From an uncultured Microthrixaceae bacterium (GTDB taxonomy: Bacteria > Actinomycetota > Acidimicrobiia > Acidimicrobiales > VFJN01): a stretch of 64,000 bases of DNA. Position 1 is the first letter of the stretch. Each line of letters opens with the position of its first letter. Shown here piece by piece: positions 9,173-18,138 of the stretch. A model generated the notes under the pieces. The model was given only the letters and a program-made list of their open reading frames with translations. It did not search any database and was not told the DNA's origin. The position numbers were made by a program, and so were the translations under genes. The DNA lies in NCBI GenBank assembly GCA_963715505.1, contig OY970242.1:1439166-1503165 (forward strand). Direction: 5' to 3'.

Positions 9173-9457
9173 GTGGTGGCTGCCGCACCGGCGTGGTTCG
9201 CGGACAACCTCACCGTGATCGCGGCGGGGACCCTGCTCGTCCTGACGGTGCTGGTGGTCCGCATGATCCAGAAGACGGCGCTGCGCGTGGTGCTGCTGTG
9301 CCTGATCGGCGGCGTCGCCGTCTTCGTCTACGCCAACAACGACGCCCTGCAGCGCTCCGCGACGACCTGCGAGTGCCGGCTGGTGGACCGCCACATCACG
9401 ATCCCCTCTTGTGACACGGGTCTCGACGTGTCGCTCGCTCGAGCGCCCGGCGGGTGA
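9173..9457 (+). CDS. small two-helix membrane protein (hypothetical)
   Basis: GTG at 9173 or 9176 preceded by GGGGGT. High GC3 across two hydrophobic segments. The 3' end overlaps the convergent hydrolase by 62 nt (9396-9457), so the call is uncertain. Confidence 0.35.
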   Translation: MVAAAPAWFADNLTVIAAGTLLVLTVLVVRMIQKTALRVVLLCLIGGVAVFVYANNDALQRSATTCECRLVDRHITIPSCDTGLDVSLARAPGG

Positions 9458-10178
9458 GGCGGGCCAGCTCAGCGGGGTGGGTGAGGTGCACGCCGTGGCC
9501 TGCGCCCTCCACGACCTCGAGCTCGCCGAGCGGTGCTGCCTCGGCGAGGGCACGTGCGGTCTGCTTGTGGTGGGGCGCCGACTCCGTGCCGTGGGCGGCC
9601 ACCACGGGCACGGTGATCGCCTCGGGTCGATAGGGCGGATGCTGCCCATCGCGGATCGAGCGCAGCTCGGCCACCAGCGCCGGGCCCTCGGCGCGGCGCT
9701 GTCGCCTCGTGCGCTCGGGAAGCCGCTCCCAGCGCTCGTCGCCGACCATCCGGCGCATGAAGCGCTCCGCCGCGTCCTCGGCGCTGGCCTCGTCCGCCAC
9801 CGCGGCAGCGCCTGCCGAGGCGCGGGGCCACCACGGCTGCCATGACATCGGCGACTCGTAGGCGAGCACCGATCGCACCAGCTCCGGCGAGCGCTCGGCC
9901 AGCGCCAGCGCGATGACGCCCCCGAGGCTGTGCCCCACGAGCACCGCCGGTCGCCCGGCGAGCACCCCGACGAGGTCGTCGACCTGGGCGTCGAAGGTCG
10001 GGGCCGGTCCCGACGCGAGGGAGCGCCCGTAGCCGCGGCGGTCGTAGCGCACGACGCGGACGTCGCCGAGCACGCGGCCCACGCGCACGAACGCGGAGCT
10101 GCGGTCGAGGGAGCCGTGGACGAAGACCACGAGCGCACCGTCGGGATCGCCGTGCTCGGTGACGAAGGTGTCGGCCAC
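9396..10178 (-). CDS. alpha/beta-fold hydrolase
   Basis: GTG at 10176-10178 inside ORF 9396..10772. Motifs VVFVHGSLD, nucleophile elbow GHSLGG and C-terminal GAGHGVHLTHP. Confidence 0.85.
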   Translation of the reverse strand: MADTFVTEHGDPDGALVVFVHGSLDRSSAFVRVGRVLGDVRVVRYDRRGYGRSLASGPAPTFDAQVDDLVGVLAGRPAVLVGHSLGGVIALALAERSPELVRSVLAYESPMSWQPWWPRASAGAAAVADEASAEDAAERFMRRMVGDERWERLPERTRRQRRAEGPALVAELRSIRDGQHPPYRPEAITVPVVAAHGTESAPHHKQTARALAEAAPLGELEVVEGAGHGVHLTHPAELARLTRRALERATRRDPCHKRGS

Positions 10179-10205
10179 GGTCGCGGAGGCTAGAACCCTC
10201 TCGCC

Positions 10206-10781
10206 ATGGAGCTGCTCCTCATCCGCCACGCCCTGCCCCTGCGCGTCGACGAGGGGTCCGTCGAGGGTCCGGCCGACCCGGCGCTGGCCCCGCGCGGGCT
10301 CGAGCAGGCGCAGGCGCTCGCCGAGTGGCTGGCGGACGAGGAGGTCCACGCGCTCTGGACGAGCCCGATGCGCCGAGCCCGCGAGACCGCCGGCCCGCTG
10401 AGCGACCGCCTCGCGCTGACGCCGATCGTCGACGAGGGCCTGGCCGAGTTCGACCGCGATGCGGGCAGCTACATCCCCATCGAGGAGCTCAAGGCGGCCA
10501 ACGACCCGCGCTGGTACGAGGTGCCAGAGCGCCCGGAGCACTTCACGGCGGTCGTCATCGACGCCGTCGAGCGCATCGTGGCGGCGCATCCCGGGCAGCG
10601 GGTGGCCGTGGTCTGCCACGGCGGCGTCGTGAACGCCTACACCGGCCACGTGCTCGGCGTCGAGGACCCGCTCTTCTTCCTGCCCGGCTACACCTCGATC
10701 AGCCGGGTGCTCGCCTCGAGCGGCGGCCTGCGCAGCATCGGCTCGCTCAACGAGACCGGGCACGTGCGCCACCTGCTCTAG
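10206..10781 (+). CDS. histidine phosphatase family protein (phosphoglycerate-mutase-like)
   Basis: 191-aa ORF with an ATG start. LLLIRHA (RHG-type motif), PMRRARETA and VVCHGGV. Confidence 0.85.
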   Translation: MELLLIRHALPLRVDEGSVEGPADPALAPRGLEQAQALAEWLADEEVHALWTSPMRRARETAGPLSDRLALTPIVDEGLAEFDRDAGSYIPIEELKAANDPRWYEVPERPEHFTAVVIDAVERIVAAHPGQRVAVVCHGGVVNAYTGHVLGVEDPLFFLPGYTSISRVLASSGGLRSIGSLNETGHVRHLL

Positions 10782-10790
10782 CCCTGGAGG

Positions 10791-12002
10791 TCAGCTGCGG
10801 GGCACCTGCACCCAGGGGACGTCCTTGTCGTTGCGCACCTCGCCGGGCAGCCCGAGGACCCGCTCGCCGAGGATGTTCTTGGCGATCTCGGTGGTGCCGC
10901 CCTCGATGGAGTTGGCGCGCGCCCGCAGGAAGGCCTGCTGCGGGTTGGCCCACTGCATGGCGTGCTTCGGGCGCTCCATCGTGTACCCGCTCGGGAAGAG
11001 CATGCCCGTCGCGCCGAGCAGGCCGACCGTGAACTCGCTGATGTCCTTGTTGAGGTCGGCAGAGATCGCCTTGCCGATCGAGCCCTCGGGGCCCGGCGTG
11101 CCGACGGCGCGGAGCTGGCTGGCGCGGATGTTGGTGAGGCGCAGCACCTCGGCGCGGATCCACAGGTCCATCAGCCGGTCCTTCGCCACCGGGTCGCTGT
11201 GGCCCCCGCCCTTCCACTCCTTGACGGCTTCGGCGATGAACCCGGCGCCCTTGTCGGGGATGCCGCCGCCGATGGCGACGCGCTCGTTCATCAGCGTCGT
11301 CAGCGTGGCCCGCCAGCCCTCGCCCACCTCGCCGAGGCGCTCCGAGTCGGGGATGCGGACGTCGGTGAAGTACACCTCGTTGAACTCGGCCTCGCCGGTG
11401 ATCTGGAACAGCGGGCGCACCTCGACCCCCGGCGCCTCCATGTCGACCACGAAGTACGTCATGCCCTTGTGCTTGGGCTGATCCGGGTCGGTGCGGGCGA
11501 CGAGCATCCCCCACTTGGCGAGGTGCGCCAGGGTGGTCCAGACCTTCTGCCCGTTCACCACCCACTCGTCGCCGTCGCGCACGGCCCGCGTGGCGAGCCC
11601 GGCCACGTCGGAGCCGGCCCCGGGCTCGCTGAAGAGCTGGCACCAGACCTCCTCGCCCGTGAAGAGGGGCCGCAGGTAGCGCGCCTTCTGCGCCTCGGTG
11701 CCATGGGTGACGATGGTGGGGGCGCCCATGCCGTGCCCGATGATGTTGCGGTAGGCGGCGATCGGCGCACCCGCGCCCTGCAGCGTCTCGTTGATGAGCT
11801 TCTGCAGGCGCGGCGACCGGCCGAGGCCGCCGTGTCCCTCGGCGAAGTGCACCCAGGCCAGGCCGAGGTCGAACTGCCGGCCGAGGAACACCACGGGGTC
11901 GGTCTCGGCGGGCGGCAGCTCCGCCAGCAGCTGGTGGCACAGCGCCAGGATCTCGTCGTCCTCGGACTGCGGTGTGGCGGCGATGGCGTCGGTGACCGTC
12001 AT
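10791..12002 (-). CDS. acyl-CoA dehydrogenase family protein
   Basis: ATG at 12000-12002. Motifs CQLFSEPGAGSD, WVVNGQKVWTT and EGGTTEIAKNILGERVLGLP. Confidence 0.9.
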   Translation of the reverse strand: MTVTDAIAATPQSEDDEILALCHQLLAELPPAETDPVVFLGRQFDLGLAWVHFAEGHGGLGRSPRLQKLINETLQGAGAPIAAYRNIIGHGMGAPTIVTHGTEAQKARYLRPLFTGEEVWCQLFSEPGAGSDVAGLATRAVRDGDEWVVNGQKVWTTLAHLAKWGMLVARTDPDQPKHKGMTYFVVDMEAPGVEVRPLFQITGEAEFNEVYFTDVRIPDSERLGEVGEGWRATLTTLMNERVAIGGGIPDKGAGFIAEAVKEWKGGGHSDPVAKDRLMDLWIRAEVLRLTNIRASQLRAVGTPGPEGSIGKAISADLNKDISEFTVGLLGATGMLFPSGYTMERPKHAMQWANPQQAFLRARANSIEGGTTEIAKNILGERVLGLPGEVRNDKDVPWVQVPRS

Positions 12003-12095
12003 GTCCGCGAGGCTACTTGACCCCTCGGTCAAGCGCGATCGCGGCGGGAGCCGCACGGACGAGGCGCCGAGTGCCGGAGAGGCCGACCGGGCGAC

Positions 12096-12899
12096 TCAGT
12101 TCATGCGGGCACGGAGGCGCATGGCGGCCTCGACGTCACGGGCGCCGCCGAGCGCCTCGAGCGCCTCGGCCCCGTCGCCGAACCGGCCCGACGCGCCGAG
12201 CAGCACTGCCAGCTCGCGGCGCTCGCGCTCGGTCGACCCAGGGAGGTGGGCCCGGAGCTCGAGGACGGCGCAGAGGGAGCGCCGGTCGCCGGATCGCCGG
12301 TAGGCGTTGGCGAGGTTGGCGAGGATCCGGGCGAGGATGGCGCGGCTGTCGACGGGGCGGAGGTAGCGGTCGTCCCACGCCAGCCCGGGGTTGACGCGCT
12401 CGAACACGGCACGGCACCCGGCGCGGTCGAGCTCGCTGCCCCCGTCGAAGACGTCGAGGAAGCGCGCCTCGTCGTCGGCAGGACGCACGAGGAAGTGGCC
12501 CGGCATGCCGACGCCGACGAGGTCGACGCCACAGCGTCGACCGACCTCGATGGCGACGACGGCGAGCGTGATCGGGATGCCGAGCCGCCTGCCGAGCACC
12601 TCGGGGAGCAGGGAGTTGCGGGCGTCGTAGTAGGTGGTCCGGTCGCCCCGGAACCCCTCGTGGTCGAACAGGTGCCGACGGAGCGCGTCGAGGTCGGCAG
12701 CGGCCACGCCCGCGGCGAGGTCGTCGAGGGTCGTGAGGCTCGCCTGCGCCACGTCGCCGGAACCCACGTCGGCGGCGATGAGCAGGCACGCCTCGTCGAG
12801 CGGCACGTCCTGGCCGGCGTCGGCCAGGAGCGCGGCGAAGCGGCGGTGGGGGCGGGCGGCCACGCCGGTCACGGTACCGGCGGTAGGTTCGGCGTCCAT
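12096..12899 (-). CDS. transglutaminase-like / SirB1 (UPF0162) family protein
   Basis: YYDARNSLLPEVLGRRLGIPITLAVVAIEVGRRCGVDLVGVGMPGHFLV is characteristic. Start taken as ATG 12897-12899; upstream in-frame starts at 12950 and 12974 remain possible. Confidence 0.75.
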   Translation of the reverse strand: MDAEPTAGTVTGVAARPHRRFAALLADAGQDVPLDEACLLIAADVGSGDVAQASLTTLDDLAAGVAAADLDALRRHLFDHEGFRGDRTTYYDARNSLLPEVLGRRLGIPITLAVVAIEVGRRCGVDLVGVGMPGHFLVRPADDEARFLDVFDGGSELDRAGCRAVFERVNPGLAWDDRYLRPVDSRAILARILANLANAYRRSGDRRSLCAVLELRAHLPGSTERERRELAVLLGASGRFGDGAEALEALGGARDVEAAMRLRARMN

Positions 12900-14454
12900 G
12901 TTCCCAGGGACCTTCGCTGCAACCACACCCGACAAGCCGGCCGTGGTCATGGGCACCACCGGCGAGGTCGTCACCTACGCCGAGCTCGACGCCGAGGCGA
13001 ACCGCCTGTCGCGCGTCTTGCGTGACGCCGGCCTCCAGCAGGGCGACCACGTCGCGCTGTGCCTCGAGAACCACCCACGCTTCCTCAGCGTCATGTGGGG
13101 CGCCCACTACGCCGGCCTCTACTACACGGCGATGAGCTCCCGGCTCACCACCGAGGAGATGGCGTACATCATCGACGACTGCGGTGCGCAGGCGTTCATC
13201 ACGTCGTCGCAGCTCGCCGACAAGGCCGCCGCGCTCGTCGACCGCATGCCGGCCGTGAAGGTGCGCCTCATGCTCGACGGCGTCGCCGAGGGCTACGACC
13301 CCTACGAGGCCACTGTCGAGGCGCAGCCGCCGACGCCGCTCGACGAGGAGCGGGTCGAGGGCCAGGACATGCTCTACAGCTCGGGCACGACCGGCCAGCC
13401 CAAGGGCGTCAAGGTGGCGCTCCCGGGCGCGCCGCTCGGCGAGGGCGGCGACGGGGTGACGCTGCTGTCGCAGATGCTCTTCGGCGCCGGCCCCGACACG
13501 AGGTACCTCTCCCCCGCGCCGCTGTACCACGCCGCGCCGCTGCGCTTCTGCCGGGCGATCCACCGCACCGGCGGCACGATCGTGGTGATGGAGCACTTCG
13601 ACCCCGAGCAGTACCTCGCGCTCGTCGAGCAGCACGGCATCACCTTCAGCCAGGTCGTGCCCACGATGTTCATCCGCCTGCTCAAGCTGCCCGACGACGT
13701 GCGCGCCCGCTACGACGTCTCCTCGCTCCAGGCGGTGGTGCACGCGGCGGCACCGTGCCCCGTCGAGGTCAAGGCCCGGATGATCGACTGGTGGGGGCCG
13801 ATCATCCACGAGTACTACGCCGGCACCGAGGGCAACGGCTTCGTGTACTGCAACAGCGAGGAGTGGCTCGCCCACCGCGGCACCGTCGGCAAGGCGATCA
13901 TCGGCACGCTCCACATCGTCGCCGACGACGGCGAGGAGGTGCCCGTCGGCGAGCCGGGCACGGTGTACTTCGAGGGCGAGGCCGCCTCGACGTTCGAGTA
14001 CCACAACGACCCCGACAAGACGGCAGGGTCGCGCGACCCGAAGGGCCGCGGCTGGTCGACGCTGGGCGACGTCGGCCGCCTCGACGACGACGGCTACCTC
14101 TACCTCACCGACCGCAAGGCGTACATGATCATCACGGGCGGCGTGAACGTGTACCCGCAGGAGGCGGAGAACGTGCTGGCCCTGCACCCCGACGTGGCCG
14201 ACGTCGCCGTGTTCGGCGTGCCCAACGACGACTTCGGGGAGGAGGTCAAGGCCGTGGTGCAGCCGGTGTCGATGGACGCCGCCGGTCCCGACCTCGAGCG
14301 CCGGCTGATCGCCTACTGCAAGGAGCACCTGGCCGACGTCAAGTGCCCGCGCTCGGTCGACTTCCGCCCGGAGCTGCCACGCCACCCCACCGGCAAGCTC
14401 TACAAGCGCCTGCTCAGGGACGAGTACTGGGCCGAGGCCGGCCGGACCATCTAG
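12898..14454 (+). CDS. AMP-dependent acyl-CoA synthetase/ligase (FadD-like)
   Basis: ATG at 12898 (MFPGTFAATTPDKPAVV). AMP motif YSSGTTGQPKGV, YYAGTEGNG and GDVGRLDDDGYLYLTDRKAYMIITGGVNVYPQE. Confidence 0.9.
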   Translation: MFPGTFAATTPDKPAVVMGTTGEVVTYAELDAEANRLSRVLRDAGLQQGDHVALCLENHPRFLSVMWGAHYAGLYYTAMSSRLTTEEMAYIIDDCGAQAFITSSQLADKAAALVDRMPAVKVRLMLDGVAEGYDPYEATVEAQPPTPLDEERVEGQDMLYSSGTTGQPKGVKVALPGAPLGEGGDGVTLLSQMLFGAGPDTRYLSPAPLYHAAPLRFCRAIHRTGGTIVVMEHFDPEQYLALVEQHGITFSQVVPTMFIRLLKLPDDVRARYDVSSLQAVVHAAAPCPVEVKARMIDWWGPIIHEYYAGTEGNGFVYCNSEEWLAHRGTVGKAIIGTLHIVADDGEEVPVGEPGTVYFEGEAASTFEYHNDPDKTAGSRDPKGRGWSTLGDVGRLDDDGYLYLTDRKAYMIITGGVNVYPQEAENVLALHPDVADVAVFGVPNDDFGEEVKAVVQPVSMDAAGPDLERRLIAYCKEHLADVKCPRSVDFRPELPRHPTGKLYKRLLRDEYWAEAGRTI

Positions 14455-14542
14455 TGCACTCCACGTTTCGGCGGCAGTTGCTCCAGGTCTTGGGGTAGTT
14501 CTGCCGCCGGAACGCGGGGGTGCGAGCAGCCATGATGGTCTG

Positions 14543-15312
14543 GTGCCCGCCAACGTCGCCTACCCCTTCCTCGACTGGCCGGGCCCGATCGCCTTCGCGC
14601 ACCGGGGCGGTGCGAGCGAGGCGCCCGAGAACACGATGCCGGCCTTCGAGCACGCCGTGCGGCTCGGCTACCGCTACCTCGAGACCGATGTGCACGTCAC
14701 CGCCGACGGCGAGCTGCTGGCGTTCCACGACGACCGCCTCGACCGCGTGACCGACGGGAGCGGGCAGATCTCGGCGCTGCCGTGGTCGACCGTCAAGCAG
14801 GCGCGCGTCGACGGTCGCGAGCCGATCCCCCGCTTCGAGGACCTGCTCGGCGCCTGGCCCGACGTCCGCATCAACGTCGACCCCAAGCACGACGGCGCCG
14901 CCGAGCCGCTCGCGGCTGCCCTGCGACGCACGGGCTCGGTCGACCGCGTCTGCGTCGGCGCCTTCAGCGACCGCCGCATCGCGCGGGTCGCGGAGCTGAC
15001 CGGCGAGGGGCTCTGCACGTCGATGGGGCCGAAGCAGGTCGCTCGCCTCCTGGCGGCATCACGCGGCCTCCCGGGCGGGCGCGGATCACCGCGCCGTGCG
15101 CGCAGGTGCCGACCCACCAGGGCCGCCTCCCCCTCGTGACCGCCCGCTTCGTCCGTGCAGCGCACCGCCGCGGCGTGCAGGTGCACGTGTGGACCATCGA
15201 CGACCCGGCCGAGATGGCGCGACTGCTCGACCTCGGGGTCGACGGCATCATGACCGACCGCCCACAGGTGCTGAAGGACGTGCTCGTCGCACGCGGCGAG
15301 TGGCACGGGTGA
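14543..15312 (+). pseudogene. glycerophosphodiester phosphodiesterase, one frameshift near 15075
   Basis: GTG at 14543. FAHRGG...PENT and ETDVHVTADGELLAFHD lie in frame 1 up to ...ASRGLPGG. The C-terminus RITAPCAQVP...VQVHVWTIDD...GVDGIMTDRP lies in the frame of ORF 14782..15312. Confidence 0.8.
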
Positions 15313-15325
15313 GCGGGCCGGCCTG

Positions 15326-16825
15326 ATGGAGCTGGCGCTCACGCCGCTCGACCTGCTGGCCCGGGCGCGGCGCGTCTTCCCCGACCGCGTGGGCGTGATC
15401 GACGGCGCGGAGCGGTGGACCTACGGCGAGCTGGCGGGGCGCTGCGACCGGCTGGCGCACGCCCTGCGCCGCGACCTCGGCGTGACCCCCGGCGACGTGG
15501 TGGCGTGGCTGTGCGGCAACACCCACGAGCTGCTCGAGGCCTACTACGGCGTGCTGCTCGCCGGCGGCGTGCTGCTGCCGCTCAACATCCGGCTGGCGCC
15601 GGCCGAGCTGCGCACCATCCTCGACGACAGCGGCGCCACGGTGCTCTTCCGGCATCCCGACCAGGCCGATCCGGGGCACCGCGTGCGCACGGTCCTGCTC
15701 GGCGACGAGCACGAGGCCCTCCTCGCCGCCCAATCGCCCGGGCCCGCCGAGCCGCCCCCCGTCGACGAGCGCGCCCCGGCGGAGCTCTTCTACACCTCGG
15801 GCTCCACCGGCACCCCGAAGGGCGCGCTGCTCAGCCACCGCGCCCTCTACCTGCACGCCGTGCACAGCGCGCTGACGATGGGGCTCAGCGGCGACGACGT
15901 GATCCTCCACACGATCCCCCTGTTCCACGTCAACGGCTGGGGCACGCCGCACTACGTCACCGGGCTCGGGGGCGTGCACGTGCTGCTCCCCCGCTTCGAC
16001 GCCGGCGAGGTGCTCCGGCTGGTCGAGGCGCACGGCGTCACGCGCCTGTTCCTGGTCCCGGCCATGGCGCGCCTGGTGCTCGACCACCCCGCCCTCGCCG
16101 AGCGCGACCTCTCGTCGCTGCGGCAGGTGTCGGTCGGCGGTGCGGCGGCGGGCGAGGCGCTGGTCGGCGAGATCGAGCAGCGCCTCGGCTGCGAGTGCAT
16201 CTGCGGCTACGGCATGACGGAGTCGTCACCGACGCTCACGCGCAGCCTCGCCAGGCCCGGCGAGCGCACGACGCTGGCCCAGCGCGCCACCACGGGGCTC
16301 CCGATCCTCGGGGTCGACGTGCGCGTGCTCGGTCCCGGCGACGTGGAGGTGCCCTGGGACGGCACCACGGTCGGCGAGGTGTGCGCCCGCTCCAACCACG
16401 TGATGATCGGCTACCTCGACGCGCCCGAGGCCACGGCGGAGGTGCTCCGGGACGGCTGGCTGCGCACCGGCGACCTCGCCGTGGTGGGCGCCGACGGGTA
16501 CGTCCGCATCGTCGACCGGGCGAAGGACGTGATCGTGTCGGGCGGCGAGAACGTGTCGTCGGTCGAGGTGGAGCAGGCCCTTGCGGCGCACCCGGCGGTG
16601 CGCGAGGCGGCCGTCGTGGGCATGCCCGACGCCCGCTGGGGCGAGGTGCCGTGCGCCTACGTGTCGCTGGTCGACGGCGCCACCGCCGACGAGGCCGAGC
16701 TGGCGGCCTGGGTGCGGGAGCGCCTGGCGGCGTTCAAGGTGCCGCGCTCGGTCACCATCCTCGACGAGCTGCCCAAGGGCGGCACCGGCAAGGTCCACAA
16801 GCAGGAGCTCCGCCAACGTCGCTGA
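15326..16825 (+). CDS. AMP-binding acyl-CoA ligase
   Basis: Intact 499-aa ORF. Motifs FYTSGSTGTPKGA, GYGMTES and TGDLAVVGADGYVRIVDRAKDVIVSGGENVSS. Confidence 0.9.
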   Translation: MELALTPLDLLARARRVFPDRVGVIDGAERWTYGELAGRCDRLAHALRRDLGVTPGDVVAWLCGNTHELLEAYYGVLLAGGVLLPLNIRLAPAELRTILDDSGATVLFRHPDQADPGHRVRTVLLGDEHEALLAAQSPGPAEPPPVDERAPAELFYTSGSTGTPKGALLSHRALYLHAVHSALTMGLSGDDVILHTIPLFHVNGWGTPHYVTGLGGVHVLLPRFDAGEVLRLVEAHGVTRLFLVPAMARLVLDHPALAERDLSSLRQVSVGGAAAGEALVGEIEQRLGCECICGYGMTESSPTLTRSLARPGERTTLAQRATTGLPILGVDVRVLGPGDVEVPWDGTTVGEVCARSNHVMIGYLDAPEATAEVLRDGWLRTGDLAVVGADGYVRIVDRAKDVIVSGGENVSSVEVEQALAAHPAVREAAVVGMPDARWGEVPCAYVSLVDGATADEAELAAWVRERLAAFKVPRSVTILDELPKGGTGKVHKQELRQRR

Positions 16826-16869
16826 ACGCTCGCTGCCGCATTGCGGGCGTCGCGCTTCAGCGACGTTGG
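16813..16869. terminator. long hairpin between convergent genes (14-nt perfect arms CCAACGTCGCTGAA / TTCAGCGACGTTGG)
   Basis: The arms at 16813-16826 and 16856-16869 are exact reverse complements. Each arm contains the last codons plus stop (Q-R-R-TGA) of one of the two convergent genes. The 29-nt interior is partly self-complementary. Confidence 0.5.
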
Positions 16870-18138
16870 TTGCTGCGCAGCGCCTGCTCGAGGGCGTCGA
16901 GGCCATGGTCGAGCTCGGCGTCGGTGATGGTGAGGGGCGGGATCAGGCGCAGCACGTTGCCGTCGGGTCCGCAGGTGAGCACGATCACGCCGTCGGCGAG
17001 GCACGCAGCCTGCACCGCCTCGGCGGTCGCCTTGTCGACCAGCTCGACACCGATCATGGCGCCGATGCCACGCACCTCCACGACCGCCGACGAGTCCAGC
17101 GCCCGCAGCCGTGCCGTGACGCGCTGACCGATCTCGACCGCGCGCTCGATAGCACCCCTCCGCCTCGAGGACCTCGATGGTGGCGACCGCCGCGGCGCAG
17201 CTCAGCGGGTTGCCGCCGAAGGTGCTGCCGTGCGCGCCGGCAGGCCAGCGGGCCATCAGCTCGCTGCCCGCCATGATCCCGGCGAGCGGGAGGCCCGACG
17301 CCACGCCCTTGGCGAAGAGCACCACGTCGGGAGCGACACCGAGCGCCTCCGCCGCGAAGGGCCGACCGGTGCGCCCGAAGCCGGTCTGCACCTCGTCGAA
17401 CACGAGGAGCGCGCCGAGGGCGTCGCAGCGCTGCCGGAGGCCCTGCAGCCATACCACCGGTGGCACCACGTAGCCGCCCTCGCCGAGCACGGGCTCCACG
17501 ATCACCGCCGCGACGTCGCCGGCGCCGGCGAGCACGGCGTCGAGTCCGGACAGCGCGGCGGCCACGGCGGCGGGCTCGTCGGCGTGACCGGCGGTCGGAC
17601 CGGGGATGCAGTAGGGCGCCACGTGCACGCCGGGGAGCAGCGGGGCGTAGCCCTCCTGGTACGACGCCTTGGCGGTCGTGAGGCTCGTGGCCCCCATGGT
17701 GCGGCCGTGGAAGGCGCGCCGGAAGGCGACGACGCCGGGCCGGCCGGTGGCGCGCCGGGCCAGCTTGATGGCGCCGTCGACCGCCTCGGCGCCGCTGTTG
17801 CAGAAGAAGACCTGCGGCCGGTCGAGGAACGGCGCCAGGCCGGCGATCGCCTCGGCGGCCTCGACGTAGGGCTGGTGCTTGAGGACGACGGAGGTGTGGA
17901 GGAGCCGGTCGACCTGGGCGTGGATCGCCGCCACGACGCGCGGGTGGCGGTGGCCGGTGTTGGTGACCGCGATGCCCGACCCGAGGTCGAGGTAGCGCAC
18001 GCCGTCGACGTCCCACACCCACGAGCCCTCCGCCCGATCGGCGACAACGTCGAAGTACGAGGGCAGCACCGGCGCCACGACCGCGGCGTGGCGGTGCAGC
18101 CACGCCTGCGTCGCGGCGGTGTTCACGGCTGCGGTCAT
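16857..18138 (-). pseudogene. class III aminotransferase (4-aminobutyrate/omega-amino acid type), one frameshift near 17151
   Basis: ATG at 18136-18138 overlaps the upstream stop (ATGA). MTAAVNTAATQ...FCNSGAEAV...FDEVQTGFGRTG...STFGGNP runs to ...VLEAEG. The frame then switches to IERAVEIGQRV...VRGIGAMIGVEL...RLIPPL...RSNQRR* (ORF 16857..17081 frame). Confidence 0.85.

Noticed and set aside
14469-14509. Inverted repeat CGGCGGCAG-N23-CTGCCGCCG after the acyl-CoA synthetase gene, considered as a regulatory RNA
   Set aside because: It has a 9-bp stem with a large 23-nt loop and sits directly after a stop codon. It is most simply a weak terminator or chance GC-rich complementarity, and I could not assess conservation.
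12136-14553. 805-aa ORF on the minus strand
   Set aside because: It is antisense to a well-supported acyl-CoA synthetase. It is Arg/Ala/Pro/Gly-rich with no motif, a typical high-GC shadow ORF.
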